Part shown: positions 39,241 to 48,389 of the stretch, one piece after another | Layout of the letters: every line of letters begins with the position of its first letter | Position numbering within the stretch: position 1 is the first letter of the stretch | From: an uncultured Heliobacteriaceae bacterium | GTDB taxonomy: Bacteria; Acidobacteriota; Blastocatellia; RBC074 | Direction: 5' to 3' | Assembly: GCA_964631865.1 (NCBI GenBank) | Contig: CAZWAK010000004.1 | Location: forward strand, 31,278 to 95,277 | DNA length: 64,000 nucleotides | Notes under the pieces: model-generated | What the model was told of the DNA's origin: nothing | The model's input: only the letters and a program-made list of their open reading frames with translations | Database searches by the model: none | Made by a program: the position numbers and the translations under genes

Positions 39241-39822
39241 ATGGAGACCGCTGCACTGTCAGTCAGTCAATTGCTACAACGCTGGAGCGAGGGTGACGGC
39301 AGCGCGCTCGACCAATTGACGCCGCTGGTCTACGACGAACTGCACCGGATGGCACGGCGCTACATGCAGCAACAGCCTGCCGGTCACACGCTGCAAACAA
39401 CGGCGTTGATCCACGAGGCATATTTGCGATTGATCGGGCAGCAAGAGAAGCACTGGGAGAATCGCGCGCATTTCTTCGGCGTCGCGGCGCAGGCGATGCG
39501 CCACATCCTGGTGGATTACGCGCGCGCACGGAAGATGGTCAAACGCGGCGGCGGTGCGCAGCAGGTTTCGCTGGATGAAGCTTTGACTATCAGCCCGGAA
39601 CATAGTGACGATCTGGTGGCACTCCATGACGCGCTGATCGCGCTGGCCGCACTTGATCCGCGACAGAGCCGGATTGTCGAGTTGCGCTTTTTTGGTGGAC
39701 TGACCGAGGAAGAGATCGGCGAAGTCTTGCAACTTTCAGCGCGCACGGTGCGCAGCGACTGGCGCTTGGCCCGGTCGTGGCTGCTGCGGGAATTGGATCG
39801 CGGGGAGCGTGATGACGCCTGA
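39241..39822 (+). CDS. ECF RNA polymerase sigma factor (TIGR02999-like, kinase-associated)
   Basis: LTPLVYDELHRMA, TLQTTALIHEAYLRL, MRHILVDYAR, VELRFFGGLT, DWRLARSWL. Confidence 0.92.
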   Translation: METAALSVSQLLQRWSEGDGSALDQLTPLVYDELHRMARRYMQQQPAGHTLQTTALIHEAYLRLIGQQEKHWENRAHFFGVAAQAMRHILVDYARARKMVKRGGGAQQVSLDEALTISPEHSDDLVALHDALIALAALDPRQSRIVELRFFGGLTEEEIGEVLQLSARTVRSDWRLARSWLLRELDRGERDDA

Positions 39823-42800
39823 ACGATACAAAGAAGTCGGTCGCCTTTACCGCGCTGCGCTGGAGCTTGCGCCGCCGCGGTGGGCGGATTATTTGGCCGA
39901 TGCTTGTGGCGGCGATGAAGCGTTGCGGCAAGAGGCCGAGTCGCTGCTCGCTTACGAGGCGCGCGGTGAAAGGTTGATTGACCAGCCTGCGATGGAGGCG
40001 GCAGCCAAAGCGATGGCTGAAGATCAGGCCGTGCCTGAAGCCCCATCCTTGATTGGGCAAAGTATTGGCCACTACGGGATTCTCTCGCTACTGGGGAAAG
40101 GCGGGATGGGCGAAGTCTGGCTGGCCGAAGACATACATCTTGGCCGCAAAGTCGCCGTCAAACTCTTGCCCGCCGAGTTCACCGCCGATGCCGACCGCCT
40201 GCGACGCTTCGCGCAGGAAGCGCACGCGGCTTCGGCGCTCAATCATCCGAACATCCTCACGATTCACGACATCGGCGTGGCCGAAGGTACGCATTACATC
40301 GTCACGGAGTACGTCGCGGGCGAGACGCTGCGCCAACGGCTGACAGGCGCGCCGGAACAGCGGATCAAGCTGGCGGAGGCGATTGAGTTGGCTGCGCAGG
40401 TGGCCGCTGCGCTCGCCGCCGCACACGAAGCCGGGATTACGCACCGCGACATCAAGCCCGAAAACGTGATGTTGCGCAACGATGGCATCGTGAAGGTGTT
40501 GGATTTCGGGCTGGCCAAACTGCTTGGGAAGGATGAAGGCGGAAGGATGAAGGATGAACCAAGCATAGACTCCCCCCTTCATCCTTCATCCCTCATCCTT
40601 CATCCTTCCACAATTCCTGGCGCAGTGATGGGCACCCCCCGCTACATGTCGCCGGAGCAGGCGCGCGGCGAGTTGGTGGATGCGCGCACGGACATCTTCA
40701 GCCTGGGCGTGATGCTTTACGAGATAATTGCGGGCCGCGCTCCGTTTGCAGGCGCAACAACAAGCGAGGTGATTGCGGCGCTCCTGCGGGACGCACCGCC
40801 GCCGCTGACCGAATATGCGCCCGATGTGCCGCCGGAGATGGGGCGTATCCTCAGCAGATCGCTCCACAAAGACCGCGACGAGCGGTATCAAACGGTCAAA
40901 GAGTTGCTGCTTGACCTGAAGGATTTGACGGAGGATCGCGCGTTTGAAGCCAGATTGGAACGCTCTGCACCACTGGACAACCATCCAACGAATGACTGGA
41001 CATTGCCGCCACCGCCAGTCGAGCCGCGTAGCAACGAGTCGGCAGTGAAACCCTGGCAACGAAAGAGCGCGTGGGGAATGACCGCCGTGTTGTTGCTGGC
41101 GGTGGTCGCAGCGTGGCGGGTCTGGCCATCGCGGCAGACGGTTGCGCCGCACGCGATCAAGGTGGCGCGTTTGACCAACGGTGGTTACATCACTAATGCA
41201 GTGCTCGCGCCCGATGGCAAATTCTTCGCTTACACCGTTCAGGATGGCGAGGTTGCGCACCTGTGGCTACGGCAAGTCGCGGGTGGCCCACCGCTCAGTC
41301 TCGTGCCAGAGCTTAAGGGACTCCTGCTGGGCCTGACCTTCGCGCCTGACGGCCAGGCGGTCTATTTCGTGACGTATGAGCGGGACACTCCGCTGGGCGC
41401 GCTCTATCGCGTGCCGACGCTGGGCGGGCCACTGACAAAAGTGCTGATGGGGATCGTTTCACCCGTCACCTTTGCGCCCGATGGCCTACACTTGGCTTTC
41501 ATCCGCCTGGATTCGGCGGGTGAAGCCACCAGCCTGGTTATCACCGATCTGACGGGCGGCAATGAACGGATTGTGCTGACGCAGAGCGGGCCGGAACTAT
41601 TGCTTGCGAACGGCCCAAGCTGGTCGCCCGATGGCAAGCAGATCGCCTGTCAACTTGAGCGCGGGCAGACACTGACCAACGTCGCGGTCTGTCGGGTGGT
41701 GGGCGTGGACGTAGCAAGCGGTGCGCAAAGGTCGCTGACCACGCAGATGTGGGATAGTTGCGCGCGACTGGTCTGGCTGCGCGATGGGAGTGGTCTGGTC
41801 ATGGTCGGCACCAAACAGGGGGAATCGGGCACGGGCGCGCGCGACGCCGTCTGGTTCATCACGCAACCGGACGGCACCATCCGCCGGATCACCACCGACC
41901 TGAGCCGCCATTTCTACCGCTCACTCAGTGTGAGTGACGACGGTCAGGCGATGCTGGTCATTCCGTTCAATCGCAGTTCGCAAATCTGGTCGGTCGCCGC
42001 GCGCGGGTCAGGCGCAAAGCTGAGTTACGCTGCCTCCAGCGCCGTGCAATTGACAACAGGTACGGGGGAAGGGCGCGGCGGGATTGTCAGTTTGGACGAT
42101 GGCAGTCTGGTTTACGCTGCGCGTACCGGCGAACATGTTGACCTCTGGCAAATGCGTAACGCCAGTAGCCCGCCGCAACAATTGACGACTGACCCGCCTT
42201 TTCTGGAAGAAGTTTCCGCGCCGTCGGATGGTCGCTATCTTGTCTTTGCTGCGAAGCGCGGCGGCTTCAGCCATCTATTCCGCGTGAACCGTAACGGCAC
42301 CAACTTGCAGCAGGTGACGAGTGGCGAGCGCCAGGAGATTGATTCGGATTGCTCGCCGGACGGGCGTTGGATTGTCTACGCTTCGCAGGCTGTCGAGCCG
42401 GGCAAGAGCGCGGAGTTCAAACTCTGGAAAATTCCGGCTGAGGGCGGCGTGCCGGTTAGCCTGACGACAGACCATAACGCCCGTACACCGCACTTTTCGC
42501 CCGACGGCCAATGGGTCTCTTATGTTTACCACGACACCCTGGGGCGCTGGCACGCAGTGGTCATACCGGCCACGGGCGGCGCGCTGGTAAAAACCTTCGC
42601 GTTGCCCCTGACGGTGGAATCGGGGATTGGCTGCCGTTGGACGCCCGATGGACAGGCGCTGACCTTTCTCGTGAAGGGCAAGGCCTTCGATAATCTCTGG
42701 CTTCAACCGTTGACTGGCAGCGCTCCGCGTCCGCTGACCGACTTCAACTCCGGCGAGATTTATAACTACACGTTTAGCCGCGACGGCCAGCAGCTTTTTC

Positions 42801-42853
42801 TGGCGCGCGGCTATTCTATTCGGGATGTTTTATTGATCCAGGAATTTCGGTGA
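39809..42853 (+). CDS. membrane Ser/Thr protein kinase with extracytoplasmic TolB/WD40-like (PD40) repeats
   Basis: GKGGMGEV, VAVK, HRDIKPEN, DFG, YMSPEQ; one TM helix; multiple SPDG repeats. Confidence 0.95.
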   Translation: MMTPERYKEVGRLYRAALELAPPRWADYLADACGGDEALRQEAESLLAYEARGERLIDQPAMEAAAKAMAEDQAVPEAPSLIGQSIGHYGILSLLGKGGMGEVWLAEDIHLGRKVAVKLLPAEFTADADRLRRFAQEAHAASALNHPNILTIHDIGVAEGTHYIVTEYVAGETLRQRLTGAPEQRIKLAEAIELAAQVAAALAAAHEAGITHRDIKPENVMLRNDGIVKVLDFGLAKLLGKDEGGRMKDEPSIDSPLHPSSLILHPSTIPGAVMGTPRYMSPEQARGELVDARTDIFSLGVMLYEIIAGRAPFAGATTSEVIAALLRDAPPPLTEYAPDVPPEMGRILSRSLHKDRDERYQTVKELLLDLKDLTEDRAFEARLERSAPLDNHPTNDWTLPPPPVEPRSNESAVKPWQRKSAWGMTAVLLLAVVAAWRVWPSRQTVAPHAIKVARLTNGGYITNAVLAPDGKFFAYTVQDGEVAHLWLRQVAGGPPLSLVPELKGLLLGLTFAPDGQAVYFVTYERDTPLGALYRVPTLGGPLTKVLMGIVSPVTFAPDGLHLAFIRLDSAGEATSLVITDLTGGNERIVLTQSGPELLLANGPSWSPDGKQIACQLERGQTLTNVAVCRVVGVDVASGAQRSLTTQMWDSCARLVWLRDGSGLVMVGTKQGESGTGARDAVWFITQPDGTIRRITTDLSRHFYRSLSVSDDGQAMLVIPFNRSSQIWSVAARGSGAKLSYAASSAVQLTTGTGEGRGGIVSLDDGSLVYAARTGEHVDLWQMRNASSPPQQLTTDPPFLEEVSAPSDGRYLVFAAKRGGFSHLFRVNRNGTNLQQVTSGERQEIDSDCSPDGRWIVYASQAVEPGKSAEFKLWKIPAEGGVPVSLTTDHNARTPHFSPDGQWVSYVYHDTLGRWHAVVIPATGGALVKTFALPLTVESGIGCRWTPDGQALTFLVKGKAFDNLWLQPLTGSAPRPLTDFNSGEIYNYTFSRDGQQLFLARGYSIRDVLLIQEFR
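40527..40609. repeat. heptamer-arm palindrome (AGGATGA / TCATCCT) inside the kinase activation segment
   Basis: 13-bp perfect terminal inverted repeat GGAAGGATGAAGG / CCTTCATCCTTCC, four units per arm. Confidence 0.9.
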
Positions 42854-42928
42854 GCGCAATCGAACTTGAACGTTTACGCGCGTCATTCAGCCGCCACCCG
42901 CGCCGCCATGAGCGTGAAAGGACGAGAG

Positions 42929-43040
42929 ATGAACCCGATTTCCACCGCAGCCGCACGACGCCTATTCCTCGGCGCACAAGGCTTGCTCGCTGATCCCACA
43001 CGCAAAGCCACGCGCGCCACGCGCCCCCAGCTCATCAAGA
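42929..43040 (+). pseudogene. N-terminal remnant of a YcaQ/AlkZ-like winged-helix DNA glycosylase
   Basis: AAAGGA RBS then MNPISTAAARRLFLGAQGLL, a typical start for this family, then divergence. Confidence 0.5.
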
Positions 43041-43152
43041 CGGCAGCCAATGGCAGTCCCGCCTGCGTTTCACGTTGGCATTCGGTCACTGCGCAGGCTA
43101 CAATGCCTGTCACTTCGGCCCCTGAAACCCTTGCGTGCCCCGCCTGGAATCT

Positions 43153-44166
43153 ATGCCACGAATTGGAATCGAACTGAATAACGTTTGTAATTTGGATTGC
43201 GGTCACTGCTTTCGCGATATTTATCGCGGCGTGGGCGACAAAAGCGATTTGTTTTTTCCGCTCGAACTGCTCGATCAAATCCTGACCGATGCGAAGCCGC
43301 TCGGTTACAACCACGTCGCGATCACAGGCGGCGAACCACCGCTGCATCCGAAGTTTGGCGACGCGCTCGACCTCATTGCCGGGCACGGCTTCACGTATCA
43401 CTTTCTAACCAACGCGCGCAACTTCGCCAAGACGCTCAAAGCCATCACGCCGAAAAAACGCCGCGACGGGCTGACGAACGTTTCGATCAGTATTGACGGG
43501 GCGACGGAAGCTACGCACGACGGGATTCGCGGCCAGGGATCGTATCGCGAATGCGTGGCGGCGATGGCGATTTGTCAGAAGCTGGGCATTCGCGTGGCGT
43601 TGATTTCGACGATCAATCGCGCCAATCGGCACGAGTTGGATCAACTGGCGTTGATGGGCGCGCATCTCGGCGTGTACAAGCACATCTTCGTCCATCAAAA
43701 CCCGACGCAGCATAATTTCAGCAACGATCTCGTCTTGCCGCTGAGCGAATGGCGCGGGATTGAACGCGATGTGGCGCGGCTGCGCAATGAATTTCGGCAC
43801 GACATCGAAATGGCCATCGGCTTTTACACCGATTACTATTTGCCGCGTTGCGCGCCGCTGACGTTGGACGATTTGAATATTGATTACAAAGGCCGCTTGA
43901 CGTTGTGCTGTCAAATCTCGAACTATCGCGACGGCGATCACGACGGCGAAGATGTGGTCGGCGATTTGCGCCGCGAACGCTTGCCCGTTGCGTTGTCGCG
44001 TTTGATGACGCTGGTCAATCAAGTGCATCAGGAACGATTGGAGATGGCGGTTGATCCGACGCGCCGCGAACAATTGCACTATCCGTGTTTGGCGTGTTTG
44101 GAGCGGTTCGGGAAAACGAAAGAAGAATCGTTTGTGCAACTGCAAGGGCTGAAAGTAGGAAGCTAA
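43153..44166 (+). CDS. radical SAM protein with C-terminal SPASM/twitch-like cysteines
   Basis: [25 protein letters not shown]; C-terminal C..IDYKG.LTLCC..CLAC. Confidence 0.9.
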   Translation: MPRIGIELNNVCNLDCGHCFRDIYRGVGDKSDLFFPLELLDQILTDAKPLGYNHVAITGGEPPLHPKFGDALDLIAGHGFTYHFLTNARNFAKTLKAITPKKRRDGLTNVSISIDGATEATHDGIRGQGSYRECVAAMAICQKLGIRVALISTINRANRHELDQLALMGAHLGVYKHIFVHQNPTQHNFSNDLVLPLSEWRGIERDVARLRNEFRHDIEMAIGFYTDYYLPRCAPLTLDDLNIDYKGRLTLCCQISNYRDGDHDGEDVVGDLRRERLPVALSRLMTLVNQVHQERLEMAVDPTRREQLHYPCLACLERFGKTKEESFVQLQGLKVGS

Positions 44167-44571
44167 ATGGCCGGTTATTCGGAAACTCCGCTGGCGAAAA
44201 AGTTAGGCATCAAAGCAGGCTTTCGCGTCACGTTTCTGAACGCGCCCGATGGCTTTCGCGAGAGCCTGGGCGAACTGCCCGCGCACGTCAAAATCATCGG
44301 CGTGCAAAAGCCGCTCGACCTGATTGTCTTTTTTCCGAAATCTGTCGAAGACCTCGAAAACAAATTTCCCAAGCTGAAAGAAAAGCTCGCGTCGGCGGGA
44401 ATGTTCTGGGTGGCGTGGCCGAAAAAAAGCGCGGGCGTCGAGACCGATTTGACGTTCGACGCCGTGCAGCAAACGGGGTTGGGCTTGGGTTTGGTGGACA
44501 ACAAAGTGTGCGCAATCAGCGACGTGCATTCGGGCTTGCGCTTTGTCTATCGCGTTGTAGATCGCGCGTAG
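44167..44571 (+). CDS. DUF3052 family protein
   Basis: GYSETPLAKKLGIK, WVAWPKK, GLVDNKVCA. Confidence 0.85.
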   Translation: MAGYSETPLAKKLGIKAGFRVTFLNAPDGFRESLGELPAHVKIIGVQKPLDLIVFFPKSVEDLENKFPKLKEKLASAGMFWVAWPKKSAGVETDLTFDAVQQTGLGLGLVDNKVCAISDVHSGLRFVYRVVDRA

Positions 44572-44577
44572 GCAAAC

Positions 44578-44687
44578 ACATTCTCAATTCTCAATTCTTC
44601 ATTCTTCATTCTTTTCCAAAGGAAAATTACTGAATCATTTTCTCTCTGGAAAGGAATGAAGAATTGAGAATGAAGAATGAAGAATGT
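44578..44687. repeat. heptamer-arm palindrome (ATTCTCA/ATTCTTC) between convergent genes
   Basis: five units per arm; same unit family as 15868-15943. Confidence 0.9.
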
Positions 44688-44697
44688 TTGTTGCTTG

Positions 44698-45477
44698 CTA
44701 TCGTTTGGGTTTGCTCTTGGGGATGGTTTTCTGGCGGGCAATTTTGGCCGGAGCAGTTGATTTTACAGGCTCTGGCGTGGCGGTTGCCTTTCCTGCCTTG
44801 ACCAAAAATGAGACTTCCAATACGTCCTGATTCGGATCGTCGGTCATCAATTTGACCAGCAGTTTGTGCGTGCCTGCCGGAAGCTTGTCCGCGCTTTTGA
44901 CCAGCAGCTTGAACTCCTTGCCGGGCGTGACGGTTTCTACTTGTGCTGTAAACGCTGGGTTGTCAGTCACCACCTTTTTGATCTCTGCGACACGACCGCT
45001 GCTCACGTAAATTCCGACTTGGCCTGCGTAGGTTTTGTCGGGCGCAAGCGTCGCTTCGATTTCGTTGGTAGGATCAAACAGATATGACCCAACGCGGTAG
45101 CCTTTCGGGATGAACGGTTCAAATTTCACCGTGAGCCGAAATTCGCCGAGCCGCGCATCGTTCGTGTAGACGGTCGCGTATTTTGTGTGAACGCCCGGGC
45201 CCACAGGCGTGATGGTGAGCGTGATTTTGCCCGCCTGACCAGGCGGGATGACTTTGTCAAAGTCACTGGCGGCACACCCTCAGCTTGGCGCGACGGCTTC
45301 GATCAGCACATCGGCTGTGCCTTCGTTTTTGAGCGTGAACGAGTGGCTGACTTTGGTGTTTTCTTTGACTCTGCCGAAGTCATGCTCAAACGTTTCCAGC
45401 ACGAGCTTCGGCGCTTTGTCCTGCGCGCTGGCCGTGACCGTGCAGAGCAACAGCAGAGCGGTGAGGCATTGTTTCAT
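44698..45477 (-). CDS. secreted DUF1573/Ig-like protein with an in-frame TGA (candidate selenoprotein, 259 aa)
   Basis: ORFs 45280..45516 and 44698..45204 share a frame and are separated only by TGA at 45280-45282; read-through gives HDFG..HSFTLKNEG..IEAVAPS-U-GCAASDFDKVIPPGQAGKI. Confidence 0.8.
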
Positions 45478-45499
45478 GGCGACGAACTCCTTAGAAAAT

Positions 45500-45526
45500 G
45501 TAGCGCGATTTGCCAAATCGCGTTAC
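45500..45526. repeat. REP-like hairpin
   Basis: GTAGCGCGATTTGCCAAATCGCGTTAC. Confidence 0.88.
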
Positions 45527-45617
45527 GCCGCATGTCTTGCAATTTAGGGCGTGCGGCAGTGTAGCAAAAGCGGTGAGAATTGGACAAAGTAAATCTGACC
45601 TGCTAAAAACGGCTGCG

Positions 45618-46790
45618 ATGATTCCGAACTTCGCCAATCGCATGGAACAAGTGCAAACGCCCGTCATTCCGGTCGTCGGCGAATTGATTCGTAATAATCC
45701 CGGCACGATTTCTTTGGGGCAGGGCATCGTGCATTACAGCCCGCCACCGCAAGCGTTCGCGCGGATTCCCGAACTCTTGCGCGATCCTGAAGTGCATAAA
45801 TATCAGGCTGTTCACGGCATCCCGGAATTGCTCGCGGAGATTGAAAAAAAGCTTGCGCACGACAACGGCGTCACGATGGATGACGGCAACTGCATCGTCG
45901 TCACAGCGGGCGGCAATATGGCGTTTATGAATGCGGTGCTGGCAATCACGCAGCCGGGCGACGAAATCATTTTGAATGTGCCGTATTACTTCAATCACGA
46001 GATGGCGATTATGATGGCGAGTTGCAAGTCGGTGCTCGTGGCGACAGATGAGAACTATCAATTGCGACCGGAAGCATTGGAGGCCGCGATTACGAGCCGG
46101 ACGCGCGCGATTGTGACTGTGTCGCCGAACAATCCAACGGGCGCGGCGTATTCCGAAAATGCACTGCGTGCCGTGAATGAAATCTGTCGCCGGCACGGCC
46201 TCTATCACATCAACGACGAAGCGTATGATTACTTCGTCTACGATGATGCAAAGCATTTTTCACCCGCTGCAATTGCGGGCAGCGGTGAACACACGATCTC
46301 GCTCTATTCGCTCTCGAAAGCGTATGGCTTCGCGGGCTGGCGCATCGGCTTTATGGTCATCCCGCAGCATCTGTTCACTGCCGTGCGCAAGATTCAAGAC
46401 ACGATCCTGATTTGCCCAACCGTCATTTCGCAGCACGTTGCCGCAGGCGCAATGCAGGTCGGTGCGGAGTATTGTCGCGGTTATTTGTCCGAGTTGGCCG
46501 ACGTGCGCCAGTTAGTGATGCAGGAGTTGACGCACATCCATTCGTTCTGCGAAGTGCCGCCTGCCGATGGCGCGTTTTATTTTCTGCTGCGGCTGGATAC
46601 AAAGCTGAAGCCGCTCGCGTTGGTCGAACGATTGGTGCGCGAACATCGCGTCGCGGCAATTCCGGGCGATGCGTTCGGGATGCACGACGGCTGTTACTTG
46701 CGCGTGGCGTACGGCGCGCTGCAAAAAGAAACCGTCGCAGAAGGCATCGGGCGCTTAGTCAGCGGACTCACAACAATCATAGGAGCTTAG
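45618..46790 (+). CDS. PLP-dependent class I/II aminotransferase
   Basis: ISLGQG, SPNNPTG, DEAY, SLSKAYGFAGWRIG. Confidence 0.93.
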   Translation: MIPNFANRMEQVQTPVIPVVGELIRNNPGTISLGQGIVHYSPPPQAFARIPELLRDPEVHKYQAVHGIPELLAEIEKKLAHDNGVTMDDGNCIVVTAGGNMAFMNAVLAITQPGDEIILNVPYYFNHEMAIMMASCKSVLVATDENYQLRPEALEAAITSRTRAIVTVSPNNPTGAAYSENALRAVNEICRRHGLYHINDEAYDYFVYDDAKHFSPAAIAGSGEHTISLYSLSKAYGFAGWRIGFMVIPQHLFTAVRKIQDTILICPTVISQHVAAGAMQVGAEYCRGYLSELADVRQLVMQELTHIHSFCEVPPADGAFYFLLRLDTKLKPLALVERLVREHRVAAIPGDAFGMHDGCYLRVAYGALQKETVAEGIGRLVSGLTTIIGA

Positions 46791-46793
46791 TTT

Positions 46794-47573
46794 ATGAACG
46801 TCGTTTGTCTACAACTCAATTGCGTGTGGGAAAACAAACAGGCCAATCACAGCAAGGTCAGCGAACTGATCGCCGCCGCCAAACCCAAACGCGATTCGCT
46901 CGTCATCCTGCCGGAAATGTTCGCGTCGGGCTTTAGTATGAACGTCGCCGCGATCACCGACAGCACGACGAATGAGTCGTACAACTTTCTCGCGCGCCTC
47001 GCAGAAATTTATGGCGTGTATTTGATGGCAGGCATCGTCACGACGGACGCGAGCGGCAAGGGGCGCAACGAATGCGTGACGTTTGCGCCCGATGGAACAG
47101 AAGCCTCGCGGTACTGCAAACTGCATCCGTTCACGCTCGGCGGCGAGTTGGACAACTATGTCAAAGGCACAGACGTAGTGACCTTCCAATGTCAGGAATT
47201 CGTCGTCGCGCCGTTTATTTGTTATGACCTGCGCTTTCCCGAAGCGTTTCGCGTGGCAACATTGCGCGGCGCGAATTTGATTACGGTGATGGCGAGTTGG
47301 CCCAACGCGCGGCATCATCATTGGACGAAGCTGTTGCACGCGCGCGCGATTGAAAACGAAGCGTATGTCGTCGGCGTGAATCGCTGCGGCTGGGACCCGA
47401 AACTGGAACACGCTGGTGGCAGCCTCATCATTGATCCGCAAGGCAACACGCTCGTCGAAGCAGGCAGCGGCGAATGTGCCATCAGTGCGGAATTGAGTTT
47501 GCCGGAGTTATTGAGTTATCGGGAACGTTTGCCGTTCCTGAACGACATTCGCCCGGATTTTTTGCGGGCGTGA
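46794..47573 (+). CDS. carbon-nitrogen hydrolase (omega-amidase-like, nitrilase superfamily)
   Basis: LPEMF, YCKLH, ICYDLRFPE, ARAIEN; paired with an aminotransferase. Confidence 0.9.
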   Translation: MNVVCLQLNCVWENKQANHSKVSELIAAAKPKRDSLVILPEMFASGFSMNVAAITDSTTNESYNFLARLAEIYGVYLMAGIVTTDASGKGRNECVTFAPDGTEASRYCKLHPFTLGGELDNYVKGTDVVTFQCQEFVVAPFICYDLRFPEAFRVATLRGANLITVMASWPNARHHHWTKLLHARAIENEAYVVGVNRCGWDPKLEHAGGSLIIDPQGNTLVEAGSGECAISAELSLPELLSYRERLPFLNDIRPDFLRA

Positions 47574-47612
47574 CGAGGCGCGTGAAGTTGTGATGAACGA
47601 TGGAGTGGCCTG

Positions 47613-47672
47613 CCAAAAGTAATCATCGCAAGGCAGGGAAAGCCGTTGGCTCGTCCGCAAAACTTATGGTAA
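47613..47672 (+). pseudogene. Phd/YefM antitoxin fragment
   Basis: KVIIARQGKPLAR with no in-frame start. Confidence 0.45.
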
Positions 47673-47681
47673 ATTCAGCCT

Positions 47682-47924
47682 ATGATTCAGACACTAGAAG
47701 CCATCGTGAATGAAGCAGGCAAGATTCACTTGCTGACAGAAGTGCGTTTGAAGACCAGCCGCCGCGCTCTGGTGACGATTTTGGATGAAGCGCCGAAAAT
47801 CCCTGCCGCCCCCCAGAAAGAAAAGCTGCGCGCGGTATTCAGCAAAATGCACGCGGTAGAAATGTTTCGTAGCATTGAAGACCCAAAAATCTGGCAGAAG
47901 ACTTTACGCGATGAATGGGAATAG
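47682..47924 (+). CDS. putative antitoxin
   Basis: MIQTLEAIVNEAGKIHL...WQKTLRDEWE; overlaps the PIN gene. Confidence 0.75.
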   Translation: MIQTLEAIVNEAGKIHLLTEVRLKTSRRALVTILDEAPKIPAAPQKEKLRAVFSKMHAVEMFRSIEDPKIWQKTLRDEWE

Positions 47925-48303
47925 CGCTGTTCTCAACCGCAACACCGTCATTTATGCTTCCAAGCGAACGATTGATGTAGAGAAACTGCTCGCGGCTTAC
48001 GACAAATTTTATGTTTCTATCATCACGTATATGGAGGTCTATGCCTATGATTTTACGGATGCCGCCGAAAAGATGTTGATAGACGAGCTTTTTGCCAGTC
48101 TGGAAATCATCGAGATTACTCGCGACATTGCTGACTTGGCGATTACCTACCGCAAAAACAAACACAAAAAGATCAAGTTGCCAGACGCCATCATTTTGGC
48201 CACTACAAAATACCTGAACGCCGACTTACTGACAGATGATTACGACGATTTTCAAACGGTTGATCCGAGTGTGAAGGTTCTGAGTCTTGACGATTTTAGA
48301 TAA
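47911..48303 (+). CDS. VapC/PIN domain toxin (first acidic residue altered)
   Basis: SIITYMEV, KIKLPDAIILAT, LLTDD..DF; N-terminal VLNRN in place of the usual LD(T/S)N. Confidence 0.8.
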   Translation: MNGNSAVLNRNTVIYASKRTIDVEKLLAAYDKFYVSIITYMEVYAYDFTDAAEKMLIDELFASLEIIEITRDIADLAITYRKNKHKKIKLPDAIILATTKYLNADLLTDDYDDFQTVDPSVKVLSLDDFR

Positions 48304-48389
48304 CTACGAAGCTGTGGGATAAATCACTCGTTTTGGCACACGGCGATTTCATCTATTTCAAACAAGTCGGATGGCAAGAGCGGGTAAGA

